Assembly: GCA_038861545.1 (NCBI GenBank)
Contig: JAWCCZ010000003.1
Coordinates: 1 to 64,000 of the forward strand
Reading direction: 5' to 3'
DNA from: Thermofilaceae archaeon
Lineage (GTDB): Archaea > Thermoproteota > Thermoprotei > Thermofilales > Thermofilaceae
Length of the DNA: 64,000 nt
Under the pieces are notes generated by a model. The model had not been told where the DNA came from and ran no database searches. It worked only from the letters and a program-made list of their open reading frames with translations. Position numbers and translations under genes: made by a program. Of the stretch, positions 8,325 to 18,462 are shown piece after piece. Numbering within the stretch: position 1 is the stretch's first letter; the number at the start of each line of letters is the position of its first letter.

Positions 8325-9803
8325 ATGAGCACAGACGATCACGTTCCGAGACGGCAAGGAATTCCAAGAGGCGTGCGATTAAGGGGAATATATTCTACCG
8401 CTCTAGCTAGGCTCCTTATAGATAATGGTGTTCCGATAGTTGATGCTAGTTACCAACTAAAAGCTCGTTTCGATAAAGAGGTTAACGAAAAAGGGGTTGC
8501 AATAGTAACCATAAAGGACCGCTATGATAAAAGGGGTGTAATAGTAGTAGGCAACCCTGTCCTTTCCGCTCGAGTTATTGATATTCTTAAACAAAGATTA
8601 GTTTTTTCATTGATTAGGGTAATGCCAGTAGAGCTTTATGCAACATATGTATGCAGGAAACTAAGCGGTACAACTGTTGAGTTACCCTATGGGTTTACGG
8701 GTATACTAGAAGGAAATGCAGAAGTAAATAGTGGGTTATTCATAGCACATGTTGTTGGTTTCAGAGAAGGAGTACCCATACTTAGAGAAGGAATAGCTAT
8801 AGTGGGAGAATACGCAAGGTTATTCGAAAGAGGTCTGAACTTCGTTAGCAATTACATACAAGGTCCTATGCGGACTATGTTACTTTCTCTAGCCGATAAA
8901 GCTGGGCTTACGAACTGGGGAGTACAGTGGCGAAGCTCGGCAAAATGGGTTAACGTGAGTGACTTACTCGAAGAGCTCCAATCGCTGAAGAGAAAAGCTA
9001 ATCAAGTTAAGGATATAGCAGAGAATCTAGATACTCCGGTTAAGTTAACCGATGGGGAGACTCTTGCTTTTACAGCGTTCTCTACCGAAGATAAATTATC
9101 TCTTGACTATTTAAGATCTAAGCAGATCCCCACTCTTAAATTTCACCACTTAGCTAAAGCCTGTGGAGAAAAATTCTCTAATTTAATTGATTGCCTTGAA
9201 GGATGTGTAAAATGCTGCGAGAATTCTTGCCTTTCTGAAATGGTGTTAAGAAATATATTGAGTGAATTCCATACAACATCACTGAAAATATTCCACGAAA
9301 AGCCCGATGGGAGTATAGTAAAGATTAAAGGTAGAACCAGTATTTTCTCAAGGGAACCCCTAGTATTGAGGATCGATAGAGAGATGAGAAGTGGAGGAGT
9401 TTACAACGGCATCAGAATTAAAAAAGAGGAAGGGGACTATGCTACAAGTATTGTCGTACCTTTCTCCTACTTGCTACCTCATCTTTACTTTAACCAAAAA
9501 GGGGAGCTTAAAGGAATCTACATTAATATAAACTCACCAATAGAACCCTGCCCGCCGGACGCTATCTGGTATATCGATGCACTCGTCGATGTGGTTTGGA
9601 GCGGGGAGAAAGGTGCAGAAATAATTAATGAAAAGAATTTGAGAGAAGCTACTAGTAAAGGCCTTTTTTCGGAAAAGGCTTCAAATCATTATATAGATGT
9701 AGCAAATGAGGTAAGCAGAGAAATAAGGGAAAAACAGTCTTTAGAAAAGCTGGTTGAACTATCTCTGAGATATTCTTGTTGCGCTGACGTGAATCTATAT
9801 TAG
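8325..9803 (+). CDS. FAU-1-like RNA-binding ribonuclease (DUF402 C-terminus)
   Basis: VRLRGIYSTAL, WGVQWRSSA, G.LKGIYININSPIE...YIDALVDVV. Confidence 0.85.
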   Translation: MSTDDHVPRRQGIPRGVRLRGIYSTALARLLIDNGVPIVDASYQLKARFDKEVNEKGVAIVTIKDRYDKRGVIVVGNPVLSARVIDILKQRLVFSLIRVMPVELYATYVCRKLSGTTVELPYGFTGILEGNAEVNSGLFIAHVVGFREGVPILREGIAIVGEYARLFERGLNFVSNYIQGPMRTMLLSLADKAGLTNWGVQWRSSAKWVNVSDLLEELQSLKRKANQVKDIAENLDTPVKLTDGETLAFTAFSTEDKLSLDYLRSKQIPTLKFHHLAKACGEKFSNLIDCLEGCVKCCENSCLSEMVLRNILSEFHTTSLKIFHEKPDGSIVKIKGRTSIFSREPLVLRIDREMRSGGVYNGIRIKKEEGDYATSIVVPFSYLLPHLYFNQKGELKGIYININSPIEPCPPDAIWYIDALVDVVWSGEKGAEIINEKNLREATSKGLFSEKASNHYIDVANEVSREIREKQSLEKLVELSLRYSCCADVNLY

Positions 9804-9893
9804 TGTACAGAAGATAAAAACCGACCGGCTCTAGATGGTAAACGAAGGCGTTACACGTAAACAACTTATTTTTAGAATATAGTACCTAATACT

Positions 9894-10724
9894 GTGCTTC
9901 GCGTGTGGTTTTATACGGGAAGCGATATACAACCACAGTTACTGAATAGAGTTTCAGAGTCGTTTATCAGGCACGGCTTCGAAGTAGCGATTAATTCTCA
10001 AACTCGTTCGACTGATCTCCCAAGAATGTCGTGTGATAAGGTGTGTGAATGGGCTGATCTTATAGTGGTTGTAGGCGGAGATGGTACTTTGCTAAGAGCA
10101 TTTCATGATATAGGTGGATGTAAGCCCTTTTTAGGAGTTAACGCAGGCAGTATAGGTTACCTAATGGAGATTTCAGTAAACCAAGTAGATAAAGCGGCTA
10201 ACTTGATAACTTTAGGAAATTATACTGTTGAAGAGAGATTATCAGGTATAGTTAAATTAGGTGAAAGAACTATACCATTCCTAAATGAAATAGTGATCAT
10301 AGGCTCGGAAAGAGGTAAACTTATTCCAATAAAGGTAAATATCGATGGACGGTTGATACAGAAAGGACGGGCGGATGGATTAATAATATCTACCCCTACC
10401 GGCTCAACAGCGTATGCTATGTCAGCCGGAGGACCGGTTGTAGATCCGCTCCTTCAAGCTTTTGTTATAGTACCTTTAGCACCTTTTTCAGTGCTTCAGA
10501 AGGCTATAGTTGTATCCGCGTCTAGGAGCATAAATGTTGAGTCTGATGAACTAATAAAAGTAATAGTTGATGGCCTGTTAAGCTTCGAGTTGGAGTCCAA
10601 TGTGATAGAAATCAGTTATTCTCCGAAGGGTTTTAAACTCATAAGATTGCCTTTAAGTGAGCACGTTTACAACAAGCTCAAACGCAGGCTACTTGATCTC
10701 AGACTTTCTCGAGAAGTGCTATAA
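9894..10724 (+). CDS. nadK: NAD(+) kinase
   Basis: GGDGT, LNE, DGLIISTPTGSTAYAMSAGGP. Confidence 0.93.
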   Translation: MLRVWFYTGSDIQPQLLNRVSESFIRHGFEVAINSQTRSTDLPRMSCDKVCEWADLIVVVGGDGTLLRAFHDIGGCKPFLGVNAGSIGYLMEISVNQVDKAANLITLGNYTVEERLSGIVKLGERTIPFLNEIVIIGSERGKLIPIKVNIDGRLIQKGRADGLIISTPTGSTAYAMSAGGPVVDPLLQAFVIVPLAPFSVLQKAIVVSASRSINVESDELIKVIVDGLLSFELESNVIEISYSPKGFKLIRLPLSEHVYNKLKRRLLDLRLSREVL

Positions 10725-11874
10725 AAAAGCCCGGCGTATCGTGAAGATCCGGTTCAAAACGCTGCACCATATCACCCATTCCAAGAAAACCCCTGGATCC
10801 ATAGAAGAGATTTTGTCTCTTAAGCTTTAATCCCAACTCTTTAACTGCTCTCTCTATGAGTAACTCGTTTTCCTCCAATGTTAGTGTACAAGTAGTATAT
10901 AGAAGAACTCCATATTTTCGCAGCAGTCTTGCAGCGACTTTCAAGAATTGCCATTGATAAGTACTTAAAGCTAGAAAATCATTTTCTCTTCTTTCATAGA
11001 ACAAAGTTGGGCGGATACCCAACGCACTACACGGTGGGTCCAAGATAATTGCATCGACTGAGCCTCTCAAATCTTCAATGACGAGATCTAAATACCGTGA
11101 ATCAGAAATCCTAACATTAATATTCTTTAAACCTAAACGTTGAGCGTTTTCGATGATTCGCCGGCATTTGTTTTCTGATCTATCAATAGCTATAACAACG
11201 CCCTCTCCTTCCATTAGTTGAGCAGCATGAGTGGCCTTACCTCCCGGTGCTGCACACATATCTACTACCAACCATCCGGGTTTAGGATTGAGTACGTGTC
11301 CAGCAATTATAGAGGGTAAGCACTGATCGTATATGAATCCCTCACGATAAACTTCTAGTTCTCTTACACTAGGTACCTTGTAGGTTGATCGGATTACTTT
11401 AACTGCGAGTCCTTTTCTCCGGGCTACCATCTCATCGCCATCCATTATTGCTATACCCTCTGCAACAACATAACCGTGCGGGTTTACGACATTTACATAG
11501 TCTCCCTCTAAAACACGTTTAGCTGAAATTACTCCAGGTCCATAGAGGTTGGCTCCCATATACACAGCCTCTGCAGCCTCTTTTTTCGCGACGACAAACT
11601 TGTCGAGTTTAGCGAGTATATATGGCCCTTTCACCAGAAGGTATATGACGTCGCTTAGCCTGTTAAGTTTGTAAGCCTCTACATTTTCTTCTCTTAATAA
11701 ATGCACAACCTCCTCAGATGTGCTTCTCAAAGTGTTAACCCTAAGGTAATATTTCATTCCGGGAGTCTTTAGATTTTCAATTATACTTTTAGCTCTTAAT
11801 AACCCATAAAGTTTAGCTAAGCGAACGACCGCCTCAACAGAGAACTCATTTTGGTAGGTCGTTTTCACGCTCAT
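10699..11874 (-). CDS. PUA-domain RNA cytosine-C5 methyltransferase (NOL1/NOP2/NSUN6-like)
   Basis: PUA (GANLYGPGV), DMCAAPGGK, DPPCS, YTTCT..EENE. Confidence 0.92.
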   Translation of the reverse strand: MSVKTTYQNEFSVEAVVRLAKLYGLLRAKSIIENLKTPGMKYYLRVNTLRSTSEEVVHLLREENVEAYKLNRLSDVIYLLVKGPYILAKLDKFVVAKKEAAEAVYMGANLYGPGVISAKRVLEGDYVNVVNPHGYVVAEGIAIMDGDEMVARRKGLAVKVIRSTYKVPSVRELEVYREGFIYDQCLPSIIAGHVLNPKPGWLVVDMCAAPGGKATHAAQLMEGEGVVIAIDRSENKCRRIIENAQRLGLKNINVRISDSRYLDLVIEDLRGSVDAIILDPPCSALGIRPTLFYERRENDFLALSTYQWQFLKVAARLLRKYGVLLYTTCTLTLEENELLIERAVKELGLKLKRQNLFYGSRGFLGMGDMVQRFEPDLHDTPGFFIALLEKV

Positions 11875-11983
11875 GTAGCATATACGTTAGAACACAGCTT
11901 TATTAAAAACCTAGTGTTTTAAACCATTGGTACACATGCTTTGAAAATATGCATGAAATCAAGTAGTGTTATTACAACATGGA

Positions 11984-12079
11984 TGGCGGGCCCGCCGGGA
12001 CTTGAACCCGGGTTCTCCGGCTCCGGAGGCTTGCGCCCCGTTAACGGGTCGACGCCTTTCCAAGCTAGGCCACGGGCCC
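11984..12079 (-). tRNA. tRNA-Arg(CCG) with a 19-nt intron at 29/30 (12031-12049); CCA encoded
   Basis: TCG^ACCCGTTAACGGGGCGCAA^GC CT CCG GA GCCGG; strict BHB (GCGT/GCGC helix). Confidence 0.92.
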
Positions 12080-12122
12080 TTAAATAAAGAGAGTTGAGGG
12101 TTATAACCCTTTATTTCTTTAT

Positions 12123-12842
<720 letters not shown>

Positions 12843-12909
12843 TTATCCATACTTAAATCTTCTTTCAGTTTTCGTTGAGCTTAAAAAGCTTGATTCACTG
12901 GTCAAATAT

Positions 12910-14013
12910 ATGTGGCGCGTAATAAGGCCCAATGCAAGTACTATCTGGGACAATATTGACGTAAGGGAAAGGTTAAGCCACTATTACGGTGTAACGAAGG
13001 GTGTTAAGATTGCGAAGTTCAGAGTTGCCAAGCGGATCCCTGTAGAAGTAGAAAGAGGGCTTAGTATTGAAGAGCTGTTAAAGATTCATAAAGAAAAAGC
13101 CAAGGAGTTTGCTGAGGAATATAGTGAATTAGCCTATGAACTCCAGGCTTTAGTTAAGCTACCACTTCCAAGCTACAGCTACTTAGACTTAAAGGCTGAA
13201 ATAGCACGTAGACTATTAGAGACATGTAAAATTTGCGAGTGGAGATGCGGTGTTAACCGATTGGAGGGTACAAAAGGAGTTTGTGGTTTAGGTGCTGAAG
13301 TTAGAGTAGCGTCCGCGTTCTTACATATGGGAGAAGAAGCACCCCTCGTACCTTCGGGCACCATATTCTTCACTGGATGTAACTTTAAGTGTGTGTTTTG
13401 CCAAAATTGGGACTTATCGACGAATCCTTTAAACGGTGTAGCTGTCAGCCCTCAGGAGTTGGCCTCTATTGCTATCCGATTATATAAGGAAGGGGCTAGG
13501 AACATAAACTATGTTGGAGGGAACCCAGATCAACAGTTACATTTGATACTGGCTTCACTTAAGTACATGGATGTTAATGTCCCACTTTTATGGAACAGTA
13601 ACATGTATATGAGCTTGGAAGCTCTCGAATTGCTAGCCGATATCATAGATATCTGGCTCCCTGATTTCAAGTACGGTAATGATGAATGCGCCTTGAGGCT
13701 CTCCAAGGTACCTAAGTATTTTGAAATCATTTCAAGGAACCATAAAATAGTTTACAAATACGGAGATATGATCATTAGACATTTAGTGCTGCCGGGGCAT
13801 GTAGAATGCTGTACAAAGCCTGTTTTAAGGTGGATCAGTGAAAACTGTCCCAGAACCCTTACAAATATAATGGATCAATATAGACCAGAGCACCTCGTAG
13901 CTCTTTATGCTGAAAAATATCATGAGATCGCACGTAGACCCAGTGCTAGTGAACTTGAAGAAGTTTATGGCTTCGCGGATAAGCTAGGAATCTGTTGGAG
14001 ACCCGTTTCATAG
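12910..14013 (+). CDS. Radical SAM protein, PflX family
   Basis: CKICEWRCGVNR, HMGEEAPLVPSGTIFFTGCNFKCVFCQNWD, PDFKYG. The ATG at 12910 avoids overlap with tpiA. Confidence 0.88.
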   Translation: MWRVIRPNASTIWDNIDVRERLSHYYGVTKGVKIAKFRVAKRIPVEVERGLSIEELLKIHKEKAKEFAEEYSELAYELQALVKLPLPSYSYLDLKAEIARRLLETCKICEWRCGVNRLEGTKGVCGLGAEVRVASAFLHMGEEAPLVPSGTIFFTGCNFKCVFCQNWDLSTNPLNGVAVSPQELASIAIRLYKEGARNINYVGGNPDQQLHLILASLKYMDVNVPLLWNSNMYMSLEALELLADIIDIWLPDFKYGNDECALRLSKVPKYFEIISRNHKIVYKYGDMIIRHLVLPGHVECCTKPVLRWISENCPRTLTNIMDQYRPEHLVALYAEKYHEIARRPSASELEEVYGFADKLGICWRPVS

Positions 14014-15068
14014 TGGTCGGAATTATGAATTCTTCAAGCAAGCCAAGGGAATGCTTGTATACTTTTAACGAGGATCAAATAGTAAGTTGGGCTCATAACC
14101 TTGGTTATAGACGACTGTTAATACAGGCACCAGACGGCATTAAACGATGTATTCGACCTCTATTGGAGTGTCTGGAGAGTAGGGGATTTGAGGTAGCACT
14201 CTCAGCTAGTCATGCATGGGGCGGATGCGACTTAGCATTAAATGAGCTAAAAGGAGTGAATTTCGATGCGATTGTACACATAGGTCACTACAGTTCCGTT
14301 CGATTTAGAGCACCCGACAATGCTCTATTTGTGCCCGGTTATTCAAGAGTAGATACTACTAAGGCTGTTGAAAGAGCGGCTACTTTACTTGATAGCGAAG
14401 GTATTCGGAAGGTAGGAATATTGACTACTGTTCAACATATTACTGAGTTATGCAAAGTAAAAAATCTGTTAGCAGATTACGGCATCAAATCATTGACAGC
14501 TAAGAGTCCGGATCCTGCGATGCTAGAGGGGATGGTGATAGGTTGTGACGTAAGAGCTGCCGAAAAACTTAGGGGTAAGGTGGAGGGTTTTCTGGTAGTA
14601 GCTGGTGGGATTTTCCACGCGTTAGGTGTTACATTGGCCACGGGGTCCTTTACTGTTGCCGCAGATCCCTACACAGGACACGCGCTGAAGATCGAGCAAG
14701 AGGCACGTCGCATCGTAGCTCTAAGACTTTTCCATCTCTCTACAGCTTTGGATTCTAGGAATGCATTGTTTATTCTCTCAAACAAGCCGGGTCAAAAACT
14801 GAGTCGAAGGAAAGTTGAGAAATTACTGGTATATCTAAAGAAAAAAGCGAGTTTACAGCTTAGGGTCATAGTTTTTGACGATATAAGGGGCGAGGCACTT
14901 CGAGACTATAATACTGCAGATTTTTACATAAATTCTGCTTGTCCGAGATTGGTCACCGACGATCCAGATATTTTCCCGGGTCCCGTAGTAAATTTAGCCG
15001 AATATCTCAAGGTAATTAGGAAAGGCCTTGACGCCTATGAGCCGCGTCTCTCGGTTTACGCGTTTTAG
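13995..15068 (+). CDS. dph2: Diphthamide synthesis enzyme Dph2
   Basis: LIQAPDG, WGGCD, HIGH, VIGCD, GG.FH, KPGQ, ACPRL. Confidence 0.88.
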   Translation: METRFIVVGIMNSSSKPRECLYTFNEDQIVSWAHNLGYRRLLIQAPDGIKRCIRPLLECLESRGFEVALSASHAWGGCDLALNELKGVNFDAIVHIGHYSSVRFRAPDNALFVPGYSRVDTTKAVERAATLLDSEGIRKVGILTTVQHITELCKVKNLLADYGIKSLTAKSPDPAMLEGMVIGCDVRAAEKLRGKVEGFLVVAGGIFHALGVTLATGSFTVAADPYTGHALKIEQEARRIVALRLFHLSTALDSRNALFILSNKPGQKLSRRKVEKLLVYLKKKASLQLRVIVFDDIRGEALRDYNTADFYINSACPRLVTDDPDIFPGPVVNLAEYLKVIRKGLDAYEPRLSVYAF

Positions 15069-15909
15069 AAAAGCTCGTATAGATTTGTTTTAAAAGTAAT
15101 GCATCTTCTTCGAGATTAGGACTTTCACAGATCAAAACTCCTTTAACCTGATAGTCTTTTAGGGCTCTGATGAGTTCCCTATATTTAAAATCAGATTCAT
15201 TTAAGTTTAAATGTTTAATTTCTCCTTTTTCTCCGTATTCGATGCCAGACACGTGTATGTGCATATTAGAGAGCGCATACTTACCCAAAACTCTTTCCAC
15301 CTCGGATAGTATATGACTGAAGTCTTCATAGCTGCGAAGTGAGCCAACCTCACGGGCGTGTATATGAGCGAAATCAATTACAGGGAGGACCATTTCTATT
15401 TCACTACTAAGCCTAAGAAGCTCGGGAAGAGTCCCGAACTCGGAAAGGCCGCCCGTGGTTTCCGGCCTTAACCATATTTCAATACTTTCATCCTGCAACT
15501 TTTTAACTACACTTTTAAGAGTCTCTTTAACTACCGAGTAAACTACTTCACTATGCCTACCCATATAGTAGGCGGCGTGGAAACAAACGCTCCAAGCCCC
15601 TGCTGCATAACCTACCGCTGCCGACTCGTAAACACGATGAGCGCTAGCTTCAGCTTTACTGCTATCTGGTGAGGCTAAATTTACATAGTAAGGTGCGTGA
15701 ACAGTAAGAATTACATCTAATTTCCGCGCTATCTCTTTTATCTCGCCTGCAGATTCTATATCAAGACTGATCCTTCTAACGAATTCAATCTCCATCGCAT
15801 TTAAACCTAGGGTTTTAACTTCTATAATTCCTTGTTTTGTACTTCTTGCTTTAACTCTTAGTGGAATACCTGCAGGGCCAAAACGTAATTTGTCGGGTGA
15901 CCAGTGCAC
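15016..15909 (-). CDS. nfo: Endonuclease IV (AP endonuclease 2 family)
   Basis: RFGPAG.P, HAPYYVNL, RPETTG, DFAHIHAR, HIHVSGIEY, ESP. Confidence 0.9.
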   Translation of the reverse strand: MHWSPDKLRFGPAGIPLRVKARSTKQGIIEVKTLGLNAMEIEFVRRISLDIESAGEIKEIARKLDVILTVHAPYYVNLASPDSSKAEASAHRVYESAAVGYAAGAWSVCFHAAYYMGRHSEVVYSVVKETLKSVVKKLQDESIEIWLRPETTGGLSEFGTLPELLRLSSEIEMVLPVIDFAHIHAREVGSLRSYEDFSHILSEVERVLGKYALSNMHIHVSGIEYGEKGEIKHLNLNESDFKYRELIRALKDYQVKGVLICESPNLEEDALLLKQIYTSFSKTRKPRDAAHRRQGLS

Positions 15910-16016
15910 ATTTATAGATTGTTTTTTACTTTATAGGTTTATGTCTAACTATATGTTTAAGCACGAATAACTTACCTAGAAAAACTTTATATCCGGTTTG
16001 ATGGAAAGGTTCTATC

Positions 16017-16144
16017 GGCACCGAGCCGGCCATAGAGCAGCTGGAAACACCCGGTCTCGTCAGATCCCGGAAGTTAAGTGGCTGCTCGCCGGTGGGAGTA
16101 CTGAGGTCTGCGGCCTTGGGAAACCCCGGTGCCGGCTTGGTGCC
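16017..16144 (+). rRNA. rrf: 5S rRNA (free-standing)
   Basis: GGCCATAG...GAAACACCCGGTCTCGTCAGATCCCGGAAGTTAAG...GGGAAACC...; terminal helix GGCACCGAGCCGGC/GCCGGCTTGGTGCC. The ends are approximate. Confidence 0.93.
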
Positions 16145-16221
16145 TTATATACCTTACTATAATAAAAAAGGAAACCCTTAAAAACATGGTAATTTCTAAA
16201 AATTAGAAAGTAGGTGCCGCT

Positions 16222-17286
16222 ATGAACAAAGCGTGCAATGGCTGCATTTATTTCCTATCTAAGACAAGATACTGTGTATTATTAGGTAAAAAGATAGAAG
16301 ATCCTACAAAACCACTTTGCGTAAAGCAAAGCAGCGATGGGAACTCGAATAACCCAACCTCGAGCGGTGAAGTAGCTATTGAAGGAGTAAAAACCGCTAC
16401 ATCGTCAGTAACACCTGTACAGCAAGTAGCAAGCGCAGAGATTTCAGCGGGTCCAACACAACTTGCTATGCAAGCAGTTCCAGAATCCCTCCCAGGCAAT
16501 GCGGTAGAAGAAGAACTTTCGATAGAACAACCGTTGCCACTCATAAAAAGTTTTGATTATGTTCCCACCGGTATTGAGGTGTTGGACGAATTTCTCGGTG
16601 GAGGGTTCATACGGGGTAAAACGTATCTTATCGCAGGAGAAACTGGTGCGGGAAAAACTATTTTTTCTATTCAGTTTCTTTTGACAGGTGCGATTCAGTA
16701 TGGTGAATCCGGTGTTTACGTCGCGATTGATGAGCCCACTGATCAGTTGCTTAAAGGTTTGAAAAGATTTGGTTGGGATATAGAACCGCTGATTAAGGCC
16801 GGGCTTCTAAGATTTCTTGATATGCGAACACATTTTAGTAAAATTTACCTTAAAGATGAAAGGAAGAAAATAGAACCTAAATTCATTATCGAGTCGATAC
16901 TCAATGTGGTTAAAAAGGCTAAAGCTAAGCGTTTGGTTATAGATCCTATAGCTCCTCTAATATATGGGGGGTCTCCAGACGATGTACTATACGTGCGAGA
17001 ATTTTTAAGGGAAATGGTTTTCGCTCTTGAAAGGATCGGAACTTTAACCACGGTAATGACGAGCGAAGTACCTACTGGAAGCAAGCAACTTAGCAGGTTC
17101 GGAGTCGAAGAGTTCCTGGCATCCGGCATTATAGTTTTAGGGTTAGAGGAAATTAAGGGAGATGTAAGAAGAGTTATGTATGTAAGAAAGGCTCGGTGGA
17201 CTCCCGCTAAGCCGGTTAAGTTGATTTTCGATATTGAGACAGGTAAAGGGATCGTAATTAGAGGTGCATACAGGGATTTCATTTGA
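16222..17286 (+). CDS. KaiC/RAD55-like RecA-superfamily ATPase with an N-terminal Cys4 module and a low-complexity linker
   Basis: VPTGI..LD..LGGGF, GETGAGKT, RLVIDP, GVEEF.ASGII, RKAR. Confidence 0.88.
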   Translation: MNKACNGCIYFLSKTRYCVLLGKKIEDPTKPLCVKQSSDGNSNNPTSSGEVAIEGVKTATSSVTPVQQVASAEISAGPTQLAMQAVPESLPGNAVEEELSIEQPLPLIKSFDYVPTGIEVLDEFLGGGFIRGKTYLIAGETGAGKTIFSIQFLLTGAIQYGESGVYVAIDEPTDQLLKGLKRFGWDIEPLIKAGLLRFLDMRTHFSKIYLKDERKKIEPKFIIESILNVVKKAKAKRLVIDPIAPLIYGGSPDDVLYVREFLREMVFALERIGTLTTVMTSEVPTGSKQLSRFGVEEFLASGIIVLGLEEIKGDVRRVMYVRKARWTPAKPVKLIFDIETGKGIVIRGAYRDFI

Positions 17287-17361
17287 ATTTTATCTGAGGT
17301 AAGTTCTTCTGAGGCAAACATATGCATTAATACCTAAGTTAGAAGCTAGAACTCTGCTAGG

Positions 17362-18123
17362 TTATCTACGTTTTGGCTTTACTGCCTCTTTGATGGCTTG
17401 GATGACATCTTGGAGCTTTTTCTCAAGGTCGCTAGAATCTTCTAACAGAGTTCCTGTAACAATTATATCAGCACCTGCCTCAACAGCTTTTTTAGCCAGT
17501 TCTGGAGTGCGAATCCCCCCTCCGGTGATTATGGGTAAATCAACATATGCATCAATTGCTCGGATAATATTGGGTGGTATCGGCTCGCCACCAGATCCCC
17601 CTTCAAGGTAAATATATCTAAAACCCAAATATTCTGCTGCTAGAGCATAAGCGACCGCTATCTCCGGCTTATCAAAAGGTATTAAGCGAGCTTGAGTTAC
17701 AAAACCAACTGTTCCTCCACTCCCGAAAACTAAATACGCTAAGGATAATGGTTCGATACCGTATCGTTTGACCACCGGAGCACCTTGCATTTGACCTAAT
17801 ATGATGAAATATGGATTTGTTGAGTTAAGCACTGATAGAAACCACACAGCATCGGCATGTCTACTTAGATTGGTAGGTGAACCAGGGAAGAGGATAACCG
17901 GTAGATTCGTTACTTCTTTCACTGATAGTACAACTTCATCAACCATAGCTTCAGATACCCCTACACTACCCCCCACCATTATAGCAGCTGAGCCAATTCT
18001 TTCAGCGATTGAAGCAATCTTCTTAGCATCCTTACCGTCAGTTCGGGCTGGATCAATTAATGCCATGTGCAATGCTCCTTGTTCCTCTAATGCCTCAGCC
18101 AGGTATCGTTCAACCTTACCCAT
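17362..18123 (-). CDS. Geranylgeranylglyceryl phosphate (GGGP) synthase
   Basis: LIDP, IMVGGS, PVILFPG, YLEGGSG, GGGIR. Confidence 0.93.
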   Translation of the reverse strand: MGKVERYLAEALEEQGALHMALIDPARTDGKDAKKIASIAERIGSAAIMVGGSVGVSEAMVDEVVLSVKEVTNLPVILFPGSPTNLSRHADAVWFLSVLNSTNPYFIILGQMQGAPVVKRYGIEPLSLAYLVFGSGGTVGFVTQARLIPFDKPEIAVAYALAAEYLGFRYIYLEGGSGGEPIPPNIIRAIDAYVDLPIITGGGIRTPELAKKAVEAGADIIVTGTLLEDSSDLEKKLQDVIQAIKEAVKPKRR

Positions 18124-18125
18124 AC

Positions 18126-18401
18126 CTACACCCTGCTGACTGCAGCACTTTCAGCGGAACTCTGTATGTTTTTTTCATACGAGTCTAAAAACTTGGCATA
18201 ATAATCAACTGAGTGGTAGTACTCCTTATAGTCAAATTCCTCTACGAGACCACATGACGAGCAGACTACACGCGTTTTGTTATCTTTCTTATTTATAGAA
18301 ACGTTTACGCTCAAAGTGCCGCATCTAGGACATTGAAATACTTTTGGAAGAGTTTTCCGTGGTCGTGTACTAATTTTTCTCCTGCTTTTACGTCTGCCCA
18401 C
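18126..18401 (-). CDS. elf1: Transcription elongation factor Elf1
   Basis: GTG start giving (M)GRRKSRRK...LPKVFQCPRC...CSSC...VDYYAKFLD. Confidence 0.88.
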   Translation of the reverse strand: MGRRKSRRKISTRPRKTLPKVFQCPRCGTLSVNVSINKKDNKTRVVCSSCGLVEEFDYKEYYHSVDYYAKFLDSYEKNIQSSAESAAVSRV

Positions 18402-18462
18402 GCTTTCTCCGCGGTGACACCTACTTAAATAATTATTCGGCGAGGAGTTCCAACAGTTTAAA

